The translations under genes and the position numbers were made by a program. This document shows, one piece after another, positions 12,601 through 27,078 of a stretch of DNA of 64,000 bases. Numbering within the stretch: the first letter of the stretch is position 1; every line of letters starts with the position of its first letter. This DNA comes from Trichoplax adhaerens (Eukaryota > Animalia > Placozoa). The notes beneath the pieces are model-generated. The model ran no database searches. It worked only from the letters and a program-made list of their open reading frames with translations, and was not told where the DNA came from. The stretch is taken from assembly GCF_000150275.1 (NCBI RefSeq), contig NW_002060944.1:9200159-9264158 (forward strand), read 5' to 3'.

Positions 12601-15600
12601 TCCTTGGCTACATAATTCAATACCGAACTATTATTACAATCTCCAATAATACCAATGACGCATTTAAATATACATCACCTATCATTTTAAACTATAGTTT
12701 TGCCTGTAATTCGGCCTGAATTACTGTAGAATGTATATTTCGAAACAGAGTTCATCAAAACTTACCAGTATCTTATATTGATCGCGATGTTGATCAGTAA
12801 ATCTTAAAATATAATCGATCCGATCAATAGAATTAAAAATGTCGGTAATTGAAATTAGAATCACGGCTATAGCTATATTGACTGCTAACATAGGATATTA
12901 TAAGTGATACTGAATAGTAGTAAGACTATTTCTCGATTAATCAAGTGCTTATTCAAAAAATGACAATCTCGACATAAATAATATAAAATGACTTGGATAT
13001 GTAAAAGATACGGCTATTACTTAAGGCAGCCTAAATCAACTGGCCATAATGCTATTACTAATTTAAATATCAATAAGCCATTTAGCAAAAATGTACATTT
13101 CGTCGTAACCTACCCTATATAATGAGCAGCAACTCCACTTACTTCTTTTACATAATTATCAGCTAAAAGCCTATAAGAATTAGTATTTACATTAAAAGCT
13201 GTGACAGTTGATTGTAATAAAGGTTGATAGATATTTAATCTAACATGGACCAATATTTAATTACTATTTAGCTAAGTACAGTACCTCATACTGAGCACTA
13301 ACTAGTCAAAAAGAGTCCTCATTTAGGTAATAGATCAGAAAATACTTGTATTTTCTAGCCGCTTTTTATTTAACTACATTACTAGCTAAAAAGAATAGCT
13401 TACACTAGTTTACAGGTGATTGTACCATCTACTTTAGGAGCAGGGAAACATTGAATCATGACGAAAAATGATCTAGAATAAAACCATTAGTAATAGAACG
13501 CTACTTAAAAATTTAGCAATTAATTCAATGGCTGAGATTCTATAATAGCAGCTAGTACAACAAGAAGAGATTAATAGCGATTGATGGCATTACTAAAATC
13601 ATACCGACGTAGCAATTCATTTTTCATTTGAAGGAGGCCTTTAGTGTATTCATAGCAGAAATTTAGCTGAAGCTCCAAAGCAAGACCATATGAATTTAAA
13701 GTACTTATGACGGTAGTGGTCTATAAGAAATAATAGCGATACTTAAATCGTAATTAGATAAATTCTTCGTACAATACGATCCTGTCACGTTCTGTAATAG
13801 TTACATAATTAGTATGTTACCTTCTTTCTATATATGGTTAAATATCACGATGTTATTATCACGTCATGCATATATAGATGTAGTTATGGTACTATATTAA
13901 GCTTATCTATATATGTATTCTCATGTTGCCATATTCGGTATGATATCCTATTTGTAATGTCTAAACTAGGGAACCTGCTCAATGTTTGCATACAGTAGAT
14001 TAACGAAATCACTTATCAGATATTTAATAGTAGCTTTTCTCGTATCTTCCGTCATCGAAATTAATTCTTGAAGAGAAGCAGGATTGACTGGGTCATTTAA
14101 GTGTCTCAATGCATAGTAAAGGAGTTTAATTAAGGCTAAGCTTACCTCCTGTATTAACTCAATCATGCTATCTTGTAACTGCATCAAAGCTATAAGCCTA
14201 GGTTTATTCAAGGGTGTTCATGCAATATAAGAAAAACATTGTTCAATTAATGTCGATGCTAAAGGATTATTACATAGATGTCTCTAATTACATCAGATGG
14301 AAATAGAAATACCTATATCGAATTGCTCGAAGAGCATCTGTTGATGCTATCGGAAAAGTTGATACATCTGAATGTAATCGCGTTCGCCTTTTCCAAGCTT
14401 TAATATTCTCTAGCACTTCTTGTTGAGGTTGATTAATACACTTATGAATCATTTCTTGATGAAGCGATACAGCAGACTATCGTTCGCATACATTAATATG
14501 CAGCAAACAGTATTAAAAATTGAGAAAATTAATAAACAGTAACATCATTTTCAGATTTAGTAACTAGAAATGAAATATTATTGTATGCTATAAGATTTAT
14601 ATAAGCAAGTAAAATTATTAACCCTATTTTTATTTTTCTAGCATACAAGTATAAAAGTATCCGAAGTGTGCTTAGAATTACGCATAGATGCGATGAGATT
14701 GAATAACATGGAAAACTTTCACTATCTACGCATACATAATGAGTTATTCCCGTCAAATCTATTGTTGGTTAGCAAACTAAGATTGCAATTAAGTCAAGAT
14801 TGCTTATTTTCAACATATGACTAGCTCACTGAGAATATATTGAACAAGTTACTATTTACAGTAGCGAAAAGAGCTGCAGACAGATTTACTGAATAGATGG
14901 AATCGTAGAAATAGATTTCGTCTTATTCCAGTTATGCGATAAGTAGTCATGAGAACATTCTTATTTGTATTTGCTTTTTATGGTATAACGAACGATGCAA
15001 AAATTTTACTCACCACGACTAACTTATTGAAGAGATCTTTTAATGAAGGATCAGCTAGTATTAGTTTTGGATCACACAGAGAATGAGTTCTCTCATATTG
15101 GAGATAAGAAGCTTCCGATTGAGAATATTGAGAAAAAAGTGATGAAGTTTGGTAATGGATAATCTTTAGTGTGATATAGTGCTTATAAAAATGAGCAATT
15201 TCGTCAAGACTGTCACAATTCACATCCCTTGACTCCTGTTACCCGGAAAAATCAGAGAAAAACAGTTCAATGTTGATCTATGGTCAATACAGAATATTGA
15301 ATCCGTCTCTAAAATTGGAAAGCTGTTGAATACGCTGTAATAAGTCTTGGTGTTAAGCCGGTATGAAAATCCTATATCACCGCTTGATTTTGCCCATCTA
15401 GTTAGGCACATAGGATATTACGTGTATATTACTTCGACTTGAGACGATAGAAATTTTTATGGATGCTTCTATACTGCCTTTAAATTCTATACGATTATCT
15501 GTCTCTGTATTTGAAGTAATCTTATAATCCGGATATGAATACTGAAAATATTTATAATATATTGCGATTCCTGTTTAATCGTGATTGCATTTTACAATTT

Positions 15601-18554
15601 GCGTATCTTGGATAGCAACTAATAAAATTGAGCTCTTTTATGGTTTTTAAACCTCTATTTGTATCCTTAGATACTTTCATTCATATTGGGCTTACATATT
15701 CACCAGTGTCAATTTGTTCACTGCATCTTCGGATAGCCGGTAATGTGTGATTGCCTAAGTCTCTCTGAAATTAATTTTGCGATTTATTTTAATAGCGCAT
15801 AAAGATCAATTCTGTAAAATTTTCCTTTAGAAAACAGTAGCCGTAATTGCTCATTTTGCTGCATTACGAAGCAAAATATGAAACTAAAAGTTTGATTGTT
15901 CCAAAATTTGGCTTATATAATGCACATGTAAGCAAGTATCAATAACTAGTTGGTATTAATATTACCTTAATTTCCAATAGCCATGCTTCAAGATGCAACA
16001 CTTGAATTTCTCCATGCTATGATAGTCAGAATTGATAAAGACAATCCTTTAGTTTGCTATAACTTGACGATGAAGGTTAAATTAAATCTATGATAAATGT
16101 AAAAAGCTGCAATAGCATATGAAACTATTTTTTTAAATCTATATTGAATTATTTACGTCATGTTCTCAACGTGTAAGCAAATATCACGTCATAAAAATAT
16201 AAATTTAAAATTTCTAGTTTTCTAGGCTGTTGTTCACGGGGATATTTAGAAAACTCTAAAATTAAATTTACGATTACTATAGCCTATCTAATCATTTTTG
16301 TAGCCGCTTTATTATATGATTTTGAAGTTAATTTAGTATAAATTACAGGTTTAAACCATGAGCTTCATTTTATGTACATTATTAAAGCAACACTCAGGCC
16401 GTTTCTAACCTGGATCATGGAGCTGCTGATTTTATCAATCGCATGTAGCAGAACTGTTGAGAGCCAAATTTTAATTTTAGCTTTATCAGAATCGTACCTA
16501 GAATTCAATCACAAAAAGGCTGTAAGGTGCCGTATTAATTATATAAAGCATAGAAAAGAGTTTATAGTTCATATTAAAAAGTCGCATAAATTACGCACTA
16601 TTGTTATATAGATTAGGAATGTTTTTTCGCTTAACAGTAACTAAAGTATTTCGTTACCTCTCCCAATGTAGACTATCAGATGTTGTCGATTAATAAGAAT
16701 ATTTAAATGAGATTTTGAAAACTGACGCCAAATTATTTTAACTGAAATACTACAACTATAATTTCGCATATAAAGAACAAGATAAGGAGAAATAAAGCGA
16801 CTATCTAATTTTTTAAATACGGCTTAAGGATTCTTTAAGGTAAAAAAATATGAAATTATTTTAAAAGACAAGTTTAAGAGCAATAAGGATATTTTTTCCT
16901 TTTTATAGGCGATAGCATTTAAGAATGTAAGTGACTAGTTCTTAATTGTTTTTTACTGTAAAATCATAAATGCTGAAGTTTTAATTCCCATTATCTTGCT
17001 AAATAAAATTAATTGACAAAGTGAATGTGTCCGTAATCCGCTTAGAAGAATTAAAAATATTAAAATAAACTGAAGTTGAAGATAAACATACAGCCATCGG
17101 AAATATCTATTTCTTTTAGCCTATTGAAGGAGTGCTTTAGAATTCGGTTAATGACTAGTTTAATTTTGGTCAGCGCACTTTGACTGAAAGGGTATATTTC
17201 CGAATACTTTATTCAGTCCAATTACATCGTCTTGTAGAAGAAATAATTAACTGTAACCAATTACAAAGAGTTTTTAATATACGCGTATCTTAGTCATTAT
17301 GCTCGCTGACAAAAATATTTTGATTAAGAGTTTGAGCACTGCAGGTGGTATAGCTTTGCCGATCATAATTAAAAGCTATTTTTCCGAAATAAATAAATTT
17401 GTTTGTCTGTAATCAATTGTCCGGTATGGCGCAATTAAAAGAGTGCGGCAGAGTTCAGTTAATGACTAGTTTAATTTTAGCAAGTGCGCTTTGATTATAT
17501 ACGATAGTGTAACTACTATAGTTTTCTTCCAAATACGCTTGTTTAATTAATAGCGTATACCGTATCGGTCGATGAAAAGTCATATCTCTGTTTAACTTAT
17601 TTTGGAATTAGAGAGAATTTGCTTGGAAAATTCTGAAATAGCTTTGTTTCGGTTTTGCTGCAGTTGTCTGAACTATTAAAATTTACGGTAAATTTAATCA
17701 AAAGTGCAATTACTAAAAATTAAGTTTTCCTTCGATATGGTCAATCAAAATCAAGGATAGTTATTTTTAAGTTATGGAATAAAATTACGGTTATCTATTG
17801 CTTATTATTATTCAAGGGAATACAGATGCTAATTTTAAAGTTTCTTAATATCCAATATAATTTCATTATTAGATTATTAGGCTTTGGAAATAAGTAGAAA
17901 AACAAAAAAGTATAACCGATAGAAATCTTTAAATGGAGGATTAATCTGTCTAGCAGAAAGTATCTGATTATGGCTTGTGCTTATATTTCGTCGGTGAAAA
18001 TTAAATCAATAATAGTTATTTTAATGTAAATACTTAGAGTGTAACAAGCATTTAAATTAGGAGTTAAGTTTGATGACAGGTACCAGCAATTTTTTACTGA
18101 GAATGGAAAAAACTCTAAATAGAGTACTGCGTATTAAGATTTTTGTATGTCGGTGCTAGTTGAACGAAATAACACAAATTAATTTTCTTAGAGAACTGAT
18201 TTTATCTACTTGTATCCAAATCGAGGGATAATTAGGATAGTTAAGTAAATAATGAATAAACTACTTTTACCGTGAATTTTACTACGCTCAAGTAAAATTA
18301 ATGTTTGCAATACTGACAAAACCAATTCTGGACTTAATCGTAATGAAAAAAGTTTATGCTAATAAATATTCTACAAAAATGGAATCTAATGCAATTACTT
18401 ACGTATAAAGTGAAGGAGAAGAATGCTGAAACCATAGTAAAACTGCTTCCCTGTCTTGCTGAGTTGCTATTTCGTTAAAATTAGCAGCAAAATCCTCAAG
18501 AAATTTGTAGATACAAGATAGGAAATGAATGATACGAATTGGTATTTCCATCAT
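9615..18554 (-). CDS. STAT: Divergent STAT-family transcription factor with truncated C-terminus
   Basis: Minus-strand exons fall in STAT domain order. N-domain-like MMEIPIRIIHFLS (~18402-18554, weakest). Coiled coil LENIKAWKRR (~14313-14477). DBD start SFFVMIQCFPAPK..CKLVLLA (~13405-13471). DBD end TLPFVFRTGRAQNAKAQSTLAWDNYF (~11579-11671). Linker LEEILQCEFKRRLGKPLTPANLDFLK (~11108-11249), SWDDF and VGEWIFTCLEVL..MWQDE (10620-10732). SH2 HIVGFISR..CLIRFSQQVPGAITI (10410-10531). Terminal exon GNIYHLAPIDSTCFLSLLMTKLEHYKDMAENWNKDHY* (9615-9727). Several internal exons and the start codon are uncertain. Confidence 0.85.
17125..17497. repeat. Diverged direct repeat about 310 bp apart in the first large STAT intron
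   Basis: gagtgc..ttc(g/a)gttaatgactagtttaatttt..gc(a/g)ctttga at ~17129 and ~17441. Confidence 0.6.
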
Positions 18555-20439
18555 CCCGCACACCTTCAATTAAATCAATTGAATCAGTCGTCTACCTTAT
18601 ATAAGGACTTGGATATATATTTATTTGCTAGTTGATGTTAACCTATTTCTTTCTTTATTCTATTGTAGCAAAATTTAATTGAAATGACAACTATTGTTTA
18701 ACTTATGCCTTCAGGGCAATAAAAGTGAGTATCGATCGGTGACATTCCTTAACTTACTATATGATAGTCATTCAAGTCTATAAGGTATGTCAGTCCTAAA
18801 TTGAATCTTTTCAATATTATTTAGATAATTTTATTGTATAGTTAAGAGTGATTAAATAAAAGCGCCGCTTAATAGCAACAGTTTTATTAGAATTGAAAGT
18901 ACTGCAATAAATAGGAGTGTAGAACAAACAGGTTAGATTAAAGTATCCCATATCGAGATTAAGTAAGATTACGACGTAATATCGAGATTGGTGTCTAAAA
19001 GGATATAGATAATCGTAATCTAATGATACCAATTGGGAAAAGAATTCCATGACATGACAATGATTGTCAATTTTAGGTGAATAAAATCTTTCTAGCATCA
19101 TTTGGGAAGTTGTAAAATAATCAACATATACGGAAGTAGCTATCATAAATGAGAGGATATAAATATAGAGAAATTTTACCACGTGTTCGTGATTGTTTAC
19201 TATTAGAGCCAATTAACAATCAATTGATTATTCAATATATGCCTATATTTGTATTACAATATGAAGTTTTCTATTGGCTTACTAAGGAAATAGCAAGAAG
19301 GCCAAGATGCCGTTGGACTTGCTAGCTCGGAATAATTACATCAGTTAAGCCTAGTCGGATGAGTAGTGCTGAACTTATGGCGATAATATGAGATCAGCGT
19401 TGGACTAGGTCGATTTTACAATGGAGATTCATAGGAATAATCCTTCGGCTCTATTCTACCGGCAAATGGAGTAATTAGTTGATAGCTGTTTGCGTACAAC
19501 TGGGTTAACCTGTAGTAGAGCTGTATGCTGCTGCATAAGCTTGCATACAGCAAGAGGTATTGAAATGCGTGGGAAACTTTTTTTTATGCCGAAAAGTTTT
19601 AGATAACAGCGAACATCAATCCTAAATTTTGTTTTAAACCGCTTCTTGAAGTTCTGATCATGTAGCATAGTATAGGCCGTCTAAAAGCTCTCTATTCTAT
19701 ATCTAATGTATCCGCCATCACTATAGTGATCGCTCATCCTTCTTTGCCGGAATCGAAAGAAATTTTAAGAACATTAAAGCTTATTCGACGCCATAATATT
19801 GTTTACTCTAAGATTGTTTGTTAGTAATCTGGATTGACTTAATCCATGTACTAACTAAGTATGAAAGTAGTAAAGATCAGTTTACGTTAGCATTTAGTTT
19901 CGTCAGTTTAATTTAGATTTATACTCTCGTAATTATTATGCATAAAATTTCAATTAGTGAACTGTACTATCAATGCTCGTATATCGAATATTGAAAACCA
20001 TAAGCATAGTATAACCTTAATCAGTTCCTTAAGGTGCCAGAATTATGATGCGTTCATAATTACACCGAAATAATCTATTACCTCAAATCCTATCAAATAC
20101 AAGTTGCAACATGAATTGGAGTCGTGTGTTGACTTATTAGCAATAAATACGAGCACATCTAATGAATTAGCAATAGTCCGTAACTAATATAGCATGGAAC
20201 ATTAATGAAAATAATCGAAAATCATGACTTCCGATTAAGTCAAAAAGTGTCGTAATAAAAATAACGGTACGATTATTGTCGCTTGAAGAGGTTGGTGCTA
20301 CTGATTGTAAAGTTATACGAGTATCCCAAGTTTAATTTTAACGTTTAGAATGCACTCGGAAATGATTTACTTTCTATCTTATTATCCATGTAATAGCGTT
20401 GCCAAGAAGTCATATAGAATGAATAATTGTAGCTAGGAT

Positions 20440-21660
20440 AATAAAATAAATATTGATATAGAAAAAAATATTATAAACAAGAGCATTTTAATGTCGGTTT
20501 TCTGCTTTAATCTTGCCGAGTTGATTCTTCTCGAGCTTTACATGTTTATAGCGGCTACCATAATTTCTTTTCCGCTAGAATCTAACCAATGAAGGAAGGT
20601 ATGGCAAAAATTACTAAGAGTTTAAATAGAATAGTTACCTCTGGTACATAATAAATATTGGTATAATAAAAAAATGTTAAAAGAGACTGGCGATATTTTT
20701 AATATGAGCTTTATATTACAGTCTTATGGAGTTGATCTTCCCGATATTTGCCTTTCTGTAGTAACTGTTATAGTTTCTTTCTGGAAAAGATTTAGTAAGT
20801 GAGAGTACAACAAGCATGGTGAAAATTCATATAATGAATAGCTACCCGCGTATCTGACGCAAAATAGGTATAGGAATAGTAGAAATTATTAGAAGAGACG
20901 GAAGGATATTTTAATGTCAATATTATAGTCTTGTTGAGTAGATCCTTTCCAATAGTTGTATTACTACCGCAGTTATTGTATTTTCGTTTCAATAGAATCG
21001 AATAAGCAAAGGTACAACAAATATTGCGTCGAGCTTGTACAGAACAACAATACGTGTATCTAGTACGAAATAAATATTGGTATAAAAAAAATAGTAAAAG
21101 AGATTAAAAGGTATTTTAATAGGAATTATCAATCCTTGACACTTCTATCTCTGTTGTCAACTAACTGTAAAATCTTTCTTGATATTCTCGATAGGGTCTA
21201 ATAATTATATTTAAGGTTACAGTAAATATCGCAAAGAGGCTACCAAGAATGAATAAATATTTGCTGCTCTATATCTAGCGATAAATAAGTATTTGTAGAA
21301 TAAGATATATTGGAAGAGATTGATCGAGATTTTAATATAAATTTTCCATGATTATCTTTGCTGAGTTAATCATTTCTGGCATTGGTATCTCTTTAACGAT
21401 TACTTTAGTATCATTCGCGAGAGGATCTAATTAGTGAGGAAATATTAAGCTTTGAGAAGAATTTGTATAGAATAAATGACTACCGTATATTTAGGACAAA
21501 ATTAAATATTAGTATAGTAAAAACATGGAAAGAGATTAGACGATACTTGAATAAATTTATATTGATTATGATCTTATTCAGCTGGTTCTTTCTGATATTG
21601 CATCTCTATAGCGATTATCGTGATTTCTTCATAGACAGAATCGAATAGACGAGGGTACAA
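20440..21660. repeat. Old degenerate tandem repeat, ~205-215 bp period, about 6 copies
   Basis: AATAAATATTG(G/A)TATA-like anchors near 20446, 20650, 20862, 21069, 21283 and 21499, mostly followed by AAGAGA..TTTTAAT..TCTT..GAGT(T/A)GATC-like blocks. Confidence 0.65.
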
Positions 21661-22699
21661 TAGTGAACGCAAAGTAGGATTTCGTTCACAGTATCTAGGT
21701 GCTGAGCTGCCCGAAAGGATAAGCGTTAAGGAGAAAATAGAGGAAATAGTTTGCTTGATCCATTAGCAGTTCCAATAACGCTTAAATTAATCTATAACTT
21801 GTTTAATGGAACACTTTTCTGCTAGCTCCATGTTTCGTCAACTGTATGGCATTCCACAATTTTAATTATCGTTGTAGTAGCCGAAGTCTTCAACGAGTCT
21901 CTACTTTGAAGATATCTTCCTGTACTACTATTGAACTGTATATTATTTTTTGAGTTAAACAATTAATCTTTGCTCATATGTATGCCAGCAAAGGGGTAAA
22001 GTAAGCTTAAACTCGCTAAGTCAACGTTAGTTCTGTAAACACTGTAGCTATCCAGACTTGGCTTTTGCTCATTAATCTTTACTTTGAATAATTAATGAAC
22101 GTTGTTTATTGCGCTGAAATCATAGCGCAATCTTAAGTTTTCTGAATCTTTGCTCATATAAGCGTATAAAACTTAAAAAATAGAAAGATAGGCGTCGATT
22201 AGGACTAGTCTATTTCGTCTTAGCCAGACGAATGTTGATGGCTACCGCATTCAACTTTAACGCATTCGTTTCGGCTTTGAATCTACTATATTCATGAAAT
22301 GATTGACATTTTTAACCCAGTATGTTGGTCAGATGTGCTTGTATGTAGGCAATAAAATACGTATAGAGTAAAGCCTGCATTAATTAAAATGGCGACTTTC
22401 TGTCTTGCCAATAAAGAACTTTTTCACCATTAAATTTACTTAATTGGAGGATTTAATTCATTTGCTAAAGTAGATGTACAGTCTTACAATCTAACCTCCA
22501 AATGGGTGATGTATTTTGTGTGTGAGTTATGCACCAAAAATAATTTTTTGTTCACTTTAGTTTATTAACCTTAAAATAAAATTCGTTCGTTTACTAAAGC
22601 GCTTGTAAAGTCTTACAAATAATACAGTTAGATTTCATTTTAATTTTAATTAGATTCTATGTTTTCATCTTAATTCCTACATTACAGTATGTCTATGTA

Positions 22700-22980
22700 A
22701 TTGGATGTATTCATAAACTATTCGCTTCTTGATCATGAACTACTGGTAAGGGATCGTCAGAAATAAATCCTATGTCTATGGACTTGTAGTACTACTTACA
22801 TCATTCCATTGGATGCATTTATAGACTATTCGTGCCTTGATCATGGACTACGAGTAGAAAACAGTCTAAAAATAAATTTTATTACTTTTCACTTGCAGTG
22901 ATGCCACTTAAAATGATTTCATTGGATGTATTTATAAACTATTTGTGTCCCGAGTCTCTCGACCATAGACTATCAATAAA
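22700..22980. repeat. Degenerate ~110-bp tandem repeat, 3 copies
   Basis: ttggatg(t/c)att(c/t)ata(a/g)actatt..gatcat(g/a)actac at ~22701, ~22810 and ~22922. Confidence 0.7.
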
Positions 22981-24709
22981 AGACCTGTCTTCTTCTGATG
23001 GCCCATGCCTTAACGGACTTCATTTTTTTACTTGCTTATCTGAATAAAATAGCTTGGCGTAAAGAAATTATTAAAGTTGTGATTGGAATAGTGTCATATA
23101 AAAAATCAGTAAATCGATTGATCAGTCATAGCTCAGTGGTTTTACCAAACCTCTCAAAGGTAAAGTGGAGTTAAAATTCATTTTTGATACCGTTTACCCC
23201 CTTTTTTTCTGGTAAAAGTTTCTTTAAATAATTTATCTTATTGATCACAGTAAACTGAAAAGATTAGCATAGAAAATTTCAATCAGTTTTTTAATTTCCT
23301 TACAGTAAAAATAGATTCTCAATTTATGGAAGAGTTTAATTTATTTTCTATAAAATGGAAAAGATTCTCTCGCTTTGTAAAGCCAATTTGCATATTGTCT
23401 ATTTTGGAGAAACTCTTGACGTAAAAACTTATTCACACTATATTGAAGAGAAAATAGTTTTTAGTAAGCGGATACTTGTGGCTACTGGCGTCACAAACAA
23501 TCGATTGCTATAGCATATTTACTTTCGACACCTTTAATAATTAACCCTTAAGGATAACAATAATATTTGATTTCATTTTATACTTGCTGATGGCTAATAA
23601 ATTTGCGATTTCCGTTTCATTTACGGGTAAATGACGGCACGATTAATTAATTTTTCGATGTCATAACGAAAATAAATTACAAAATCAGAACATCAATAAA
23701 ATTCATCGGCAATGAAAAGTCGAAAAACGATGCTGCTTGATTTTATTTATAAAAACACAATTCCAGGAGTGATCGAGAGGACTATGCAAAATGATTGATT
23801 TAAATGGCCAAGGTTTTCATCGCGCTAGGCTTCGGCCACGGATTTATGCCGTACGAGAATTATGGATAGTCATTTTAGGTACAGTATATTAAATTGAAAT
23901 CAGGTCCCATCAACGAGAAGTAATTATAATTCATATTTTGCGCTCATTTTTATGACTAGTATAAGTAATAATAGCAAGTGTGGACTCGTTTTAAGAGTAA
24001 CTAGAAGACAGCATGAAGGATAAGCCTTGCATCTTCCCAAAAATATTCTTCAAAATATTCATAACGAAAGATAGCGGACGATATCTATCGAAAATGAGGG
24101 AGATACTTTTAAGCAAGTAGTTGAATCGGAAGGTTTCTATCGCGTATTTATGCCTTAAAGGTTTATCTTGCAATAATTCTATAATTCTATTTTAGGTTAC
24201 AAATAACAACCAATTCATCAGAATAGATTCAATATTAGTCAGCATTGAACAATTTTATTGCCCAAGGTTATACGCTTTAAACCGAAAGTTTCAATCTTAA
24301 TCTTTCTCAAAACATCTTAAGAAACTTTTACAATAATCCTTCCTATTACGCCTATGGCAGGCGCCATATTGTATAGATAGAAATACGCGATTGCGGAAAT
24401 AGGCAGATTTAAGGGGTTGCTCTTTATTCATTCCATATTCTCGCATGCCACTGTACGATAGCCATTCTATACCTTACTTCGAAACGAATGCGTTTTCGCA
24501 AGAGTTGAATTTAAAGAATATATTATGACCGTGATCAAGTTTCTGAAGGTGCTAAAATACAATTTCTTTGATAATTAGTTAGCACTTCATGCCGAGTTGT
24601 TCCTCCGTAATTAAAATTTTCTCCGTCATCCTTGCTACATTTTTCCTATCGAAATAGCTTTAGAAGTGCAGCCGTTATAGTATCCAGAAATACTCACTCT
24701 TCCTCTGCT

Positions 24710-25905
24710 TTATTACTACCGGGATTGCCTTAAATTTATTTTAGAATAAATCAAAAGACCGATATAGTGGTTCTTACTAAATTAATTGCGTTGAGGCTTC
24801 TTTTAGGATGAATTAAAAGGATTTAGTAGTTCTTACTACATGCATAGACTGCCTCAGAGCTTTTAGTTGAGTTAAAGAAAGATTAAATAGTTTTTACTTC
24901 CTAGCTTGCCTTAGAGCTTTTAAAATGAACTAAAGAAAGATTAAATAGCTTTTACTTCCTAGTTTGCCTTAGAGCTTTTAAAATGAACTAAAGAAAGATT
25001 TAATAGTTCTTACTTCCTAGATTGTCTGAGAATTTTTAGAATAAACAAACGGAAGATTTAGTAGTTCTTCCTAGATTGCCTTAGAGTTTTCGAAATCACT
25101 AAAGTAAGATTTAATAGTTCTTGCTACTTGGATAGCCTTAGGATTTTTAGAAATAACTAAAGAAAGATTAAGAGTTTTTACTATATAGATTGCCTTCGTG
25201 TTTTATACTGAAAGAAAGATTGAATAGTCTTTGCTACTTAAATCGCATTTGAGTGATTTTAGAATGAACTTAAGAACGATTTTGATAGTCCTTACTACTT
25301 TGATAGCCTTTGAGTTATTTTAGAAGAAACTAAAGAAAGATTTTGATAGTCCTTACTACTACTTTGATAGCTTATGAGTTATTTTGGAATAAAGTAAAAG
25401 AAAAGCTTGGTAATCATTTCAGAATGAACTACAGAAAAATTTAGTAATCCTAACTACTTTGATTTACTTTTAAGTTATTTTGAAATGAAGTAAAAGAAAA
25501 ACTTGGTAATCATTTCAGAATGTACTACAGAAAAATTTAGTAATCCTAACTACTTTGATTTACTTTTAAGTTATTTTGGAATGAAGTATAAGAAAAACTT
25601 GGAAATCATTTCAGAATATGCTACAGAAAAAATTTAGCAATCCTAACTACTTTGATTTACTTTTGAGTTATTTTAGAATAAAATAAAAGACTTAGTGTAG
25701 CCCTTATTACTTAGATCGCTTTTGAGTTATTTTAGGATGAGCTAAAAGAAAAACTTGGTAATCTTTTTAGAATGAAGTAAAGAAAGAATGAGTAGTCCTA
25801 ACTGCTTAGATGGCTTCTGAATTTATTTTAGACTTTATCGTCTTTGAGTTACTTTAGGCTTAGTAGCCTTCTACTTGGATTTTCTTTGAGTATTTTGGGA
25901 ATGAA
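24710..25905. repeat. Minisatellite, ~58-62 bp unit changing into a ~96-bp higher-order unit
   Basis: TAGAGCTTTTAAAATGAACTAAAGAAAGATT at 24912 and 24970 (58-bp period). GTTATTTT..AGTAAAAGAAAA..TTGGTAATCATTTCAGAATG..ACTACTTTGATTTAC at 25378, 25474 and 25570, with a further partial unit starting at 25667. Confidence 0.9.
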
Positions 25906-27078
25906 ATTTGATAATTTCAAAATTTTTAATTGGAACGGTTGTGGATTAGTATCATGGAAATACTCATTTTTGCTCTACTATTACCTATTACCGGATACTA
26001 CTGAAAAGGAGCATGTAGGAGTTGCTTTTAAGCTGAAATTCCGATGCTCTGCCATTTTAAATACAGTACAAGGAGAGTTTACAGAACGATACACGTGGAG
26101 ACATACAGGCTGATTTATAACTATTTTTGCAATTAGTCTGCGTTACGTCAATGCAATTTTCTTTTCGTTCCACGTATGCGAAAGAGACGGAGATGCTGCA
26201 TTTTGAAGATGGCAAAATTGCTATTCTTATTTCTTCAGTAATTCAATAATACGCGCATAGTTATTCATCTACATACGATGCAGTGATATTGTCGTAGCTA
26301 CCAGTATGTTATTTTACTATTTATGCAGATCGAATGAAAAGTATTATGCCTATAATGTTGGAAAATAATTATCGATAGTTTATTCTTACGGAATTTTAGT
26401 AATAAGAGGCTAAGCTTTCATGCTGTGAGACCTCAACAGTTCGATATTATTAATAGCACGTAGATGTACTAAAGCCATTTGCTAGTATAATATGGTTTTA
26501 ATTTTGTAGGTATAAATATATTTAAAGCAGCGTTATTATACAAGAGTAATCGAGTACTGCAACATTTTATAACCGTAACTACCGATTGAAAATGATTCCA
26601 TTAGAAACATAATCCCTGCCGCTTTACCATGGACTCATTATTACGGTAGTCATCCATGGCTTTCGATTTTATCATTGAATACACAGCATATACAGTACAA
26701 GATACAAGGTGCAGTCCATATGAAGTAGAAAGTCAGAGGATAGTAATAGGCAAGTTATAAAATTGATCAAAACGGAAGCTATACTAAAAATTTAGAGTAG
26801 CTGAGCCACGACTAGTGGAATGGATCCATTGATGAAATCGACAAATGCGGAAAGCGCAGTGATTCAAGTTTACTCGTCAGTGAGTTTCATCGGTATCTAA
26901 CACTGATATTCTACCCTAGCATAACCGTCCACTTCATCTTGATAGCTGTTGCTTAGGATAATAATCTAATTTTGTGGAAACACTTACAGTGACCATAAAT
27001 ACAGCATGAATCAGTACTACCAATACATTTGAGAATAAAAATTTGTAAAAGTATACAAGAAAACTGTCCGAAAATGGC

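Noticed and set aside
18817-19212. 131-aa minus-strand ORF and the many other 60-130 aa ORFs in introns and intergenic DNA
   Set aside because: Composition rich in I/L/F/Y/N/K is typical of random AT-rich frames; most have non-ATG starts and no recognisable motifs.
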